From Candidatus Hydrogenedentota bacterium (GTDB lineage Bacteria > Hydrogenedentota > Hydrogenedentia > Hydrogenedentales > GCA-2746185), in NCBI GenBank assembly GCA_046583315.1, contig JAYGCN010000021.1, positions 1-10,704 on the forward strand: DNA of 10,704 nucleotides, written 5' to 3'. Below the pieces are notes generated by a model. It was not told the origin of the DNA. It saw only the letters and a program-made list of their open reading frames with translations, and did not search any database. The translations under genes were made by a program, and so were the position numbers. Shown one piece after another: positions 1 through 7,822 of the stretch. The first letter of the stretch is position 1; each line of letters starts with the position of its first letter.

Positions 1-41
1 GATTGTTTCCCGACCTTACCACGATTATTCTCGTAATTGTA

Positions 42-68
42 TGGGACGGCGACGCTCCCGCGGAGCCG
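42..68 (+). repeat. Degenerate REP-like extragenic element
   Basis: TGGGACGGCGACGCTCCCGCGGAGCCG (reads WDGDAPAEP) resembles the dispersed GGGAGGGCGAGGCTCCCGCCGAGCC ('WEGEAPAEP') repeat I recall from Planctomycetes and other phyla. This is recognition from memory, and there is only one copy in the window. Confidence 0.45.
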
Positions 69-143
69 AGACAGTGGAATCCCAATCACCCCTCAAACCA
101 ATCACCAACAATCACTCGAATACGGCGCGTAAATCAAGCAACC

Positions 144-167
144 CCTTGCGCCTTTGCATCTTTGCGT
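144..167 (+). repeat. Three tandem imperfect 8-mers (CCTTGCGC CTTTGCAT CTTTGCGT) followed by TAAAAA
   Basis: The 8-bp periodicity is directly visible. It resembles the CTTTGCGN / ACGCAAAG short tandem repeats that I recall flanking GxxExxY-family genes and occurring dispersed in intergenic DNA. Confidence 0.6.
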
Positions 168-246
168 TAAAAATCAGACCACTTTCCATTCCAAATCCGA
201 CCGTCCCTCTGATAAACTACCCCTCCGACCCGTAGGAGACCCACCC

Positions 247-1581
247 ATGGCCACCACACACGAAGACCTCTTCGCGCTGGACGTAAAACACCTCTGGCAT
301 CCCTATACAGACATCAACGTCTACGAAAAAGGCCCCGGCACCTGTTTCGACAGTGCCGAAGGCGTGCATCTCTACACCACCGACGGACGCCAGGTGCTCG
401 ACGGCATCTCCTCCTGGTGGGCGACCGCGCTCGGTCACAGCAACCCGCAAGTCGTCGACGCCATCAAAGAACAGGCAGGAATTCTGCAACACTCCATTCT
501 CGGCAATCTTTCTCATCCCATGGCAATCCGTCTCGCCGCGCGATTGGCCGAACTCACCCCCGGCAACCTCGATCACTGCTATTTTGCCGCCGACGGAGCC
601 AGCGTCACCGAAGCCGCCATGAAAATGGCCATCCAATACTGGGCCAACATAGGCGAAAAAGGCAAAACGCGATTCGTTTCCATCGAAGAAGGCTATCACG
701 GCGACACCCTCGGCGCAGTTGGCGTCGGATTCGTCCCGACCTTCCATCAATACTTCGAAGACGCGGTCATACGCTCCTTCGTGGCCGACATGCCGCACCG
801 TAGAGGCAATACCGACGATGATCTCGACAAAGCCTACGCGCTCGAAGCCTTCAAATCGATGGATGCCCTCGTGCGCGAGCATCATCGCGAGATTGCCGCG
901 GTAATCCTCGAGCCCCTATGCCAAGGAGCCGCAGGAATCCGCATCCATCACCCCGAATACCTGCGCCAGGTCCGCGCGCTCTGTGACGAGTTTGACCTCA
1001 TCCTCATCGCCGACGAAATCGCCGTTGGTTTTGGACGCTGCGGCGACCTCTTCGCATGTGAGACTGCCGGCATCATCCCCGACATCCTCTGTCTCGGCAA
1101 AGCGCTCACCGCCGGATACCTGCCCATGAGCGTCGCCATCGCCAACGACAAAGTCTTTGACACATTTCGCAGCGATGCCACCCAGGACCGCACCTTCTAC
1201 GATGGCCACACCTACTGCGGTAACCCGATCACCTCCGCCGCCGCCCTCGCCGCCATCGACATTTTCACCAGCGACGACATCGTCAACAAAGCGAAACCCG
1301 CAGCCGCATTTTTGAGAACAAGTTTCGAGGCCCTCAACAAATTCAGCAGTGTCGACTATCAACAGACCCTCGGCACCATCGCCATGTGCAGCTTCACCAG
1401 CGACGCCGGAGGAGGAGCCTTCGCACGACGCGTCGCCGAGTACGCGATGGAGATGGGACTCTTCGTGCGACCCCTCGGCGAAGTGTTGTACCTCTGGCCG
1501 CCGCTTGTCGTATCCAGCGAAAAACTCAGCCAGATGGTCGAACTCTTCAACGCCGCCATCACGAAAGCCGAAAACGACTAA
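247..1581 (+). CDS. bioA: Adenosylmethionine-8-amino-7-oxononanoate (DAPA) aminotransferase, class III PLP enzyme, 444 aa
   Basis: BioA motifs LWHPYT, DGISSWW, YHGDT, DEIAVGFGR, the PLP lysine in LGKALTAGYLPMS, GHTYCGNP and RPLG are present. Start moved from the ORF-track 154 to ATG 247, which has RBS AGGAGA at 234-239. Confidence 0.93.
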   Translation: MATTHEDLFALDVKHLWHPYTDINVYEKGPGTCFDSAEGVHLYTTDGRQVLDGISSWWATALGHSNPQVVDAIKEQAGILQHSILGNLSHPMAIRLAARLAELTPGNLDHCYFAADGASVTEAAMKMAIQYWANIGEKGKTRFVSIEEGYHGDTLGAVGVGFVPTFHQYFEDAVIRSFVADMPHRRGNTDDDLDKAYALEAFKSMDALVREHHREIAAVILEPLCQGAAGIRIHHPEYLRQVRALCDEFDLILIADEIAVGFGRCGDLFACETAGIIPDILCLGKALTAGYLPMSVAIANDKVFDTFRSDATQDRTFYDGHTYCGNPITSAAALAAIDIFTSDDIVNKAKPAAAFLRTSFEALNKFSSVDYQQTLGTIAMCSFTSDAGGGAFARRVAEYAMEMGLFVRPLGEVLYLWPPLVVSSEKLSQMVELFNAAITKAEND

Positions 1582-1590
1582 GGACACGCC

Positions 1591-2051
1591 GTGCGAATCA
1601 AGATACTCGCCATCGGCACCCTCGGACGCGGTCCCGAACAAGACCTCGTCGACGAATACATCCGCCGCCTGCCTGGCCCTGCGAAATCACCGAATTCGAC
1701 ATCAAGAAACCCGCCAAAACCGCCGACCTCCGAAAGAAACAAGAAGCCGAGAAATTACTCGCCGCCATTCCAACCAGTGCCGCCATCGTCGCGCTCGACG
1801 AACGCGGAAAAGCCCTCTCCTCACGCGACTTCGCCAAGAAAATCGACAACTGGGGCGTAGAAGGCCTCAGCACAGTCGTGTTCATCATCGGGGGCGCGGA
1901 TGGTCTCGACGAATCCGTCCGCAAAAAGGCCCATCTCATCCTCGGATTCGGCACCCTCACCTGGCCCCACAAACTCGTCCGTGTCATGCTCACCGAACAA
2001 ATCTACCGCGCCTGGTCCATCAGCACCGGCCACCCCTACCACCGGGATTGA
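1591..2051 (+). pseudogene. rlmH: 23S rRNA (pseudouridine1915-N3)-methyltransferase RlmH (SPOUT), frameshifted: true pseudogene or sequencing error
   Basis: GTG 1591 (RBS AAGGA 1580-1584) gives MRIKILAIGTLGRGPEQDLVDEYIRRL. The rest (WPCEITEF...VALDERGK...FIIGGADGL...LTWPHKLVRVMLTEQIYRAWSISTGHPYHRD) is in the frame of ORF 1386..2051. Adding one base near 1672-1673 restores a 153-aa protein. Confidence 0.92.
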
Positions 2052-2091
2052 GGCATTGCGCACCCCCCCGTAAAATGGGTACTCTAGAGTA
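2048..2091 (+). promoter_or_regulatory. Putative sigma70 promoter of the ABC operon plus palindromic operator candidate
   Basis: TTGAGG (2048-2053), 17 bp, TAAAAT (2071-2076). A perfect 12-bp palindrome TACTCTAGAGTA lies at 2080-2091. RBS GGAG 2133-2136 precedes ATG 2143. Confidence 0.55.
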
Positions 2092-2142
2092 TCGATCCAA
2101 ATCCATATTCATCACAGGCCACGACAAACCCTGGAGTCCATA

Positions 2143-3888
2143 ATGAAACCGTTTCTCCCAATCGCTCTCGCAATCACGGCTGTCCTCACAGGCTGCGGTT
2201 CCCCACCCCCCTCCAACGTCTCCGACACAGCCCCATCCGGTTCCGGCGGTGACATCGCATCCACCAGCGCCGAAATCATCACTGACGGCTCTGCAGGATC
2301 GACCCAGACCTACCAAAATGTGCCGCAGGAAATCGTACCCATCGAAGACCGCGATATGGGTGACACTCTGGTGCTCCGATTGCGTGCAGAACCCCCCCAC
2401 CTGAATATTCTGCTCGACACGGCCGATGCCGGGGCATCCTATATCGCCAACGGGTTTATCTTCGAACCCTTGATGATGGTCAACGACGACACCCTCGAAT
2501 GGGAACCCTTCATCGCAAAATCATGGGAGATCTCCGACGATCACCTGACCTACACCTTCCAACTGCGCGATGACGTCACCTTCTCCGACGGCGTCCCATT
2601 GACCGCGCACGATATAAAGTTCACCTTTGACATTACGATGAAACCCGAAGTCGAAGCCTTTCAACGCAAAGCCTCCCTCGAAGACATCGACACGGTGACC
2701 GTCCTCGACGACTACACCATTCAGTACAAAATGAAGAAACCCTTTTTTCGCCACCTGCTGATTCTCGCACTCGGTGAGATTTACCCGAAACACATTTACG
2801 AAAAAGGCGACTTCAACCATCACGAACGCAATCGATCACCGATCGGTTCGGGGCCTTATCTCTTCGAGAAATGGGACACCGGTCAACAAATCGTGATCAC
2901 GCGAAATGAGAACTATTGGGGCGAGAAACAACCGTTGAAGAAGCGCATCTGGAAAATTATTACGGACGATAACGCGGCCTTCCAGGCACTTGAACGCGGC
3001 GATGTCGACATGAATGACATTCCACCGGACGATTGGAATCGCAAAGCATCCACCGATGCCTTCGAGAAAAAATTCAATAAATACACACCCGATTCCCCCA
3101 TCCCGGGGCTCTTCAGTCGCTACAATTACGTCGGCTGGAACATGCGCAAGCCGCAGTTTCAAGACAAACGCGTGCGCCAGGCACTCGCCATGCTTTTCGA
3201 TACACAACTTATCATAGACACCGTCTGGGGTGGGCTCGGCACCAGGATTACGGGCGGCATCTACCATAAAGCTCCAGAATACGACCGCACCGTCCTGCCC
3301 CTACCTTTCGATCCCGAAGCGGCAGCAAAGCTGCTCGACGAAGCCGGATGGATAGATACCGACGGCGACGGAATCCGTGACAAAGACGGCATCAAATTCG
3401 AATTCGAGCTTGGTTTCGCCGCCAGCGTGGCGGAATACGAACGCCTCGGCACCGTTTACCAAGAAGAGCTTAAACGTGCAGGCATCGACATGCGCCTTGG
3501 GCCTTTGGAATGGGCGACTTTTTCAGAACGGGTTCACAATCGAAACTTTGATGCCTGCATGCTCGCATGGCTCACTCCCATCATGGCCGATCCCTACCCC
3601 TTGTGGCATTCCTCTCAGGCGGAATCGGGAGTAAATTACTCGGGACTTCAAAACGCGGAACTCGACAAAATTCTCGAAAACATTCGGCTCGAGTTTGACC
3701 GCGAGAAACGTATCGTGTTGTACAAGGAAGCACAAGCCATTATCTACGGCGAACAACCCTACCTCTTCCTCTATGCACGCCCCGGCTTGCAAGCCTTCGA
3801 CAAACGAATCCACGGCACCATCGAACATACTGGCGGCTTTAACCCCCTCGACTGGTGGGTACCCGCACACCAACAGAAATACCCATAG
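2143..3888 (+). CDS. Peptide ABC transporter substrate-binding lipoprotein, family 5 (AppA/OppA/DppA-like), copy 1
   Basis: Lipobox LTGC (Cys18) and Ser/Pro-rich tether. Family 5 signature AKSWEISDDHLTYTFQLRDDVTFSDGVPLTAHDIKFT, plus PIGSGPYLFEKW, RNENYWG and DKRVRQAL. Confidence 0.93.
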   Translation: MKPFLPIALAITAVLTGCGSPPPSNVSDTAPSGSGGDIASTSAEIITDGSAGSTQTYQNVPQEIVPIEDRDMGDTLVLRLRAEPPHLNILLDTADAGASYIANGFIFEPLMMVNDDTLEWEPFIAKSWEISDDHLTYTFQLRDDVTFSDGVPLTAHDIKFTFDITMKPEVEAFQRKASLEDIDTVTVLDDYTIQYKMKKPFFRHLLILALGEIYPKHIYEKGDFNHHERNRSPIGSGPYLFEKWDTGQQIVITRNENYWGEKQPLKKRIWKIITDDNAAFQALERGDVDMNDIPPDDWNRKASTDAFEKKFNKYTPDSPIPGLFSRYNYVGWNMRKPQFQDKRVRQALAMLFDTQLIIDTVWGGLGTRITGGIYHKAPEYDRTVLPLPFDPEAAAKLLDEAGWIDTDGDGIRDKDGIKFEFELGFAASVAEYERLGTVYQEELKRAGIDMRLGPLEWATFSERVHNRNFDACMLAWLTPIMADPYPLWHSSQAESGVNYSGLQNAELDKILENIRLEFDREKRIVLYKEAQAIIYGEQPYLFLYARPGLQAFDKRIHGTIEHTGGFNPLDWWVPAHQQKYP

Positions 3889-3900
3889 GAATCACGCATC

Positions 3901-5619
3901 ATGAGATCATACCATTTCGGATTCGCACTCATCGCAGTCGCAATACTTGCCGGATGCAGCAGTCCGCCGCCCTCGCCCTCAAAGGATGACCCCTCCACAG
4001 CACTCGATGCCATGGCCAGCGACCCCACCATCAACCCCGCAACCGAGATAGTGCCCATCGAACAACGCGACATCGGCGACCACATGATCATAAGCCTCGA
4101 CGCCGAACCGGGTGTATTGAATACCGTCCTCGATTCTGCCGATGCCACATCCCGCTTCATTTGCTCCTTCATTTACGACACCTTGCTCGAGATTGATCGC
4201 GATACCCTGGGCATGAAAGGGCGCCTGGCCTATGAATGGGAAACCTCCGACGACCATCTCACCTACACCTTCAAAATGCATGAGAACGCCCAATTCTCCG
4301 ACGGCGTGCCCGTCACCGCTGAGGACGTCAAGTTTTCCTGGGAACTCCTCATGAATCCCGAAAATGACACAGCCGCACTTCGAAATTACATGCAAGACAT
4401 CGAGTCTGTCAATGCCATTGACGATCACACGGTTCAATTCCGAATGAAAAAGCCCTACTTCCGCCACATCATTTCGCTCGGCACCGAAATCCAGATTCTT
4501 CCCAAACACATCTACGGCAAGGGACCGCTTCAGAACCATCCCGCCAATCGTGCACCCGTCGGTTCAGGCCCCTATAAGTTTGAACGCTGGGACACTGGCC
4601 AACAAATTGTACTCACCCGCAATGAAAACTACTGGGGACCCAGACAACCCATCGAAAAGTTCATCTGGAAAATCATAACCGACGACAACGCGGCGTTCCA
4701 GGCATTGCAACGCGGCGACACGGACATGTACCGGGTCAAACCCGACGATTGGTTGCGCAAAGGCTCGACGCCCGAGTTCAACGCCAAGTTCAATCGCTTC
4801 ACGCCCGGTTCGCCCATCCCCGGATTCGTCAGTCGACTCAACTACATCGGCTGGAACATGCGTAAACCGCAGTTCTCCGATAAACGGGTCCGTCAAGCAC
4901 TCTGCATGCTCTTCGACAGACAACTTGTCATCGACCAAGTCTGGGGAGGACTCGGGACCCTCGTCACAGGCGATATTTACCATCTCGCACCCGAATACAA
5001 CAAAGATGTCCAGCCCTGGCCCTTCGATCCGGAAGGTGCGGGAAAATTACTCGACGAAGCAGGCTGGATAGACACCGATCAAGACGGAATCCGCGACAAA
5101 AACGGCATAAAACTCCAATTCGAACTCAGTTTCACATCCGGCGTGCAGGAATACGAACGCCTCAGCACCGTCTACCAGGAAGAACTCAAACGCGCGGGCA
5201 TCAACGTCGTTCTCGATCCACTCGAATGGGCAACATTCCAGGAACGCGTACAAGAACGTACCTTTGATGCCTGCATGCTCGCATGGTTGCTCGATGTCGG
5301 TCCCGACCCCTACCAACTGTTCCATTCTTCCCAATCGGAAAAAGGCTCCAACCATCCCGGTCTCGAAAACGATGAGGTCGACCAGATTCTCGATGATGCC
5401 CGACTGGAATTCGACCAGGAGAAACGCAACACGATGTATCATCGCTACCACGAAATCCTGCACGACGAGCAACCGTATCTTTTTCTCTACGCCCGACCCG
5501 GCCTGATCGCCATCGACAAACGATTCCACGGTGTCGTCAACAAAAAAGGTGGATTCGTTGTAACGGATTGGTGGGTTCCAAAAGATCAGCAAAAGTACCC
5601 CTCGACCACATCCAATTGA
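3901..5619 (+). CDS. Peptide ABC transporter substrate-binding lipoprotein, family 5, copy 2 (tandem paralogue)
   Basis: Lipobox LAGC (Cys19), with WETSDDHLTYTFKM...FSDGVPVTAEDVKFS, PVGSGPYKFERW and DKRVRQAL. It is colinear with copy 1 throughout. Confidence 0.93.
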   Translation: MRSYHFGFALIAVAILAGCSSPPPSPSKDDPSTALDAMASDPTINPATEIVPIEQRDIGDHMIISLDAEPGVLNTVLDSADATSRFICSFIYDTLLEIDRDTLGMKGRLAYEWETSDDHLTYTFKMHENAQFSDGVPVTAEDVKFSWELLMNPENDTAALRNYMQDIESVNAIDDHTVQFRMKKPYFRHIISLGTEIQILPKHIYGKGPLQNHPANRAPVGSGPYKFERWDTGQQIVLTRNENYWGPRQPIEKFIWKIITDDNAAFQALQRGDTDMYRVKPDDWLRKGSTPEFNAKFNRFTPGSPIPGFVSRLNYIGWNMRKPQFSDKRVRQALCMLFDRQLVIDQVWGGLGTLVTGDIYHLAPEYNKDVQPWPFDPEGAGKLLDEAGWIDTDQDGIRDKNGIKLQFELSFTSGVQEYERLSTVYQEELKRAGINVVLDPLEWATFQERVQERTFDACMLAWLLDVGPDPYQLFHSSQSEKGSNHPGLENDEVDQILDDARLEFDQEKRNTMYHRYHEILHDEQPYLFLYARPGLIAIDKRFHGVVNKKGGFVVTDWWVPKDQQKYPSTTSN

Positions 5620-5632
5620 TATACTTTCGCCC

Positions 5633-6724
5633 GTGAAAGCCTACCTGACCAGACGTATACTCCTGATTATCCCGACCTTTATCGGGATCAGCATCATCAC
5701 GTTCCTCATGGTCCAGCTCTCCCCCGGCAACCCCGCCATGATGAAGCTCAATGCCATGGAAGGCGCCATGGGTACCGGCTCTATTCCCCAAGACATCATC
5801 GATCAGACCATGAAAATGTACGGTTTCGACAAACCCATCCACATACGCTACATAAAATGGATGGGCGATCTGGTCACCCTCGATTTCGGGGACTCCTTCA
5901 AAGACGGACGGCCCGTACTCACCCGCATCGGTGAAGCCCTGCCCATCACCATTCAGCTCAACGTCATCTCACTATTGCTCATCTACCTCATATCCATTCC
6001 CGTCGGCACTTACTCCGCCACCCACCAACACACCCGATCCGACAACACCATCACCCTCTTCCTCTTTATCCTCTACAGCCTGCCCAGTTTCTGGGTCGCC
6101 ATGCTGCTCATGTACTTTCTCGGCGGCGGTGGTGGTTCAGCCACGTTGCACACCCTGTGCGTCAATGGCTTCACCACCATCGGCATCGTTGACTGGCGCG
6201 CCACCCAATGGATGCTCGAACACGTCCTGCACTTTCGATGGTTTCCCATCTACGGCTTCGGCACCGCCGGTTCACGAGACTGGCCCTTCTGGCAATGGTT
6301 CTGGGACCGCATGTGGCATTTCTGCCTGCCCGTCTTCTGCCTGACCTACGGCGGCTTCGCAACCATCTCCCGTTACGCACGCGCGGGCCTCATCGAAGTC
6401 GTCCGCCAAGACTACATCCGCACCTCACGCGCCTACGGATTCTCAGAGAAAGTCGTCATCTACAAATACGCGCTGCGCAACTCCCTCATCCCACTCATCA
6501 CGCTGCTCGGCACCCTCATCCCCTCCATGATCGGCGGCAGCGTCATCATCGAAAGCATCTTCAGTATTCCCGGCATGGGCCGTCTCTTCTACGAATCCAT
6601 CCTCGGGCGCGACTACCCCGTCGTCATGGGCGTATTCGCCATCACCTCCATCATGACCCTCATCGGCCTGATTATCTCCGACATCCTCTATGCCGTCACC
6701 GATCCCAGGATTAAATTCGAATGA
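5633..6724 (+). CDS. Peptide ABC transporter permease, OppB/DppB/AppB-like
   Basis: N-terminal YLTRRILLIIPTFIGISIITF, YGFDKPIHIRY, LDFGDSF and LPSFW. EAA-type loop QDYIRTSRAYG, GGSVIIESIFSIPGMG, RDYPVV and C-terminal DPRI. GTG start with no clear RBS. Confidence 0.93.
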   Translation: MKAYLTRRILLIIPTFIGISIITFLMVQLSPGNPAMMKLNAMEGAMGTGSIPQDIIDQTMKMYGFDKPIHIRYIKWMGDLVTLDFGDSFKDGRPVLTRIGEALPITIQLNVISLLLIYLISIPVGTYSATHQHTRSDNTITLFLFILYSLPSFWVAMLLMYFLGGGGGSATLHTLCVNGFTTIGIVDWRATQWMLEHVLHFRWFPIYGFGTAGSRDWPFWQWFWDRMWHFCLPVFCLTYGGFATISRYARAGLIEVVRQDYIRTSRAYGFSEKVVIYKYALRNSLIPLITLLGTLIPSMIGGSVIIESIFSIPGMGRLFYESILGRDYPVVMGVFAITSIMTLIGLIISDILYAVTDPRIKFE

Positions 6725-7740
6725 CCAAGCCGAATACACTCAAAAAAGAACAGACAATCAGCCAAAGCTACTGGGCCATTGTTTATCGCCAATTCAAGCG
6801 CAACAAGATGGCAATCATTGGCTTGATGGTTCTATTTCTCCTGGGTTTCGTCGCCATTTTTGCACCCTTCCTCGCAGGCGAAAAACCCATCTACCTCGTC
6901 AAAGACGACACCACCTACCTCTTCCCCAACGTTTTCAAATACAAAGACCTCGTCAGTGTGCAATTCGACCGCTGGCGACCCGGTGAAGGCGAAACCGCCA
7001 TTTACGCCTTGATCCCCTACGCCCCCGAACGCTCCGATCTGCGCAACCGGCTCATGCCGCCCAGTTCAGACCATCTGCTCGGCACCGACGACCGCGGCCG
7101 CGACATCCTCAGCCGCCTCATCTGGGGCACGCAAATCTCCATGTCCGTCGGATTCATCGCCGTCGGCATCTCCATTTTCCTCGGTATCATTATGGGGGCC
7201 GCCGCCGGATTCTACGGCGGAATGGTCGATACCGTCATCCTGCGCATCATCGAAATCATGCTCTGTTTCCCAAGCCTCATCCTCATCCTCGCACTCATCG
7301 CCTACCTCGGCCGCAGCATCTGGATCATCATGGCCGTAATCGGCATCATCGGATCCCCAAGCGTAGCCCGACTCGTGCGCGGCGAATACCTAAAACTGCG
7401 CGACAGCGATTTTACCACTGCTGCACGCGCTACCGGACTCACCGACACACGCATCATGTTTCGACACATCCTGCCCAACGCCATGGCACCCATCCTCGTC
7501 AACGCCACCTTCGGCATCGCCGGAGCCATCCTCATCGAGACCTCACTCAGCTTCCTTGGGCTCGGGGTACGTCCTCCCACAGCCAGCTGGGGCGAAATCC
7601 TCTCCCAATCCAAATCCTACGTCGATTTCGCCTGGTGGCTCGTCGTGTTCCCCGGCGCCGCCATCTTCATCACCGTCACCGCCTTCAACATCGTAGGCGA
7701 AGGCTTCCGCGACGCCATGGATCCCAGACTCCGCCAATAA
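6721..7740 (+). CDS. Peptide ABC transporter permease, OppC/DppC/AppC-like
   Basis: RQFKRNKMAIIG, HLLGTDDRGRDILSRLIWG, EAA-type loop DFTTAARATG, RHILPN, LSFLGLG...SWG and GEGFRDAMDPR. ATGA start/stop overlap with the upstream permease. Confidence 0.94.
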   Translation: MTKPNTLKKEQTISQSYWAIVYRQFKRNKMAIIGLMVLFLLGFVAIFAPFLAGEKPIYLVKDDTTYLFPNVFKYKDLVSVQFDRWRPGEGETAIYALIPYAPERSDLRNRLMPPSSDHLLGTDDRGRDILSRLIWGTQISMSVGFIAVGISIFLGIIMGAAAGFYGGMVDTVILRIIEIMLCFPSLILILALIAYLGRSIWIIMAVIGIIGSPSVARLVRGEYLKLRDSDFTTAARATGLTDTRIMFRHILPNAMAPILVNATFGIAGAILIETSLSFLGLGVRPPTASWGEILSQSKSYVDFAWWLVVFPGAAIFITVTAFNIVGEGFRDAMDPRLRQ

Positions 7741-7822
7741 GTCCTGCCGGACGCTATGTTGGAATCCGCAAAAATCACGATATTCCCAAGAAGATGCGAA
7801 GCATCTGTCGGTTCTTTTTGGT

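Noticed and set aside
154..246. N-terminal extension of bioA from the ORF track
   Set aside because: It begins inside the octamer repeat and has no RBS or BioA similarity, whereas ATG 247 has a good AGGAGA.
2020..2060. rlmH 3' end as an integration site (as orfX is for SCCmec)
   Set aside because: No recombinase, no duplicated rlmH 3' end noticed, and no compositional break in the downstream genes.
1349..2143. Overlapping ORFs 1349..2143, 1386..1590 portion and 1591..1860 tail as independent genes
   Set aside because: Low-complexity R/P/S-rich off-frame translations, fully explained by bioA and the frameshifted rlmH.
3355..5088. DxDxDG motifs (DTDGDG at 3355-3372, DTDQDG at 5071-5088) as a novel calcium-binding feature
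   Set aside because: Real, but this loop is common in family 5 binding proteins and is not distinctive.
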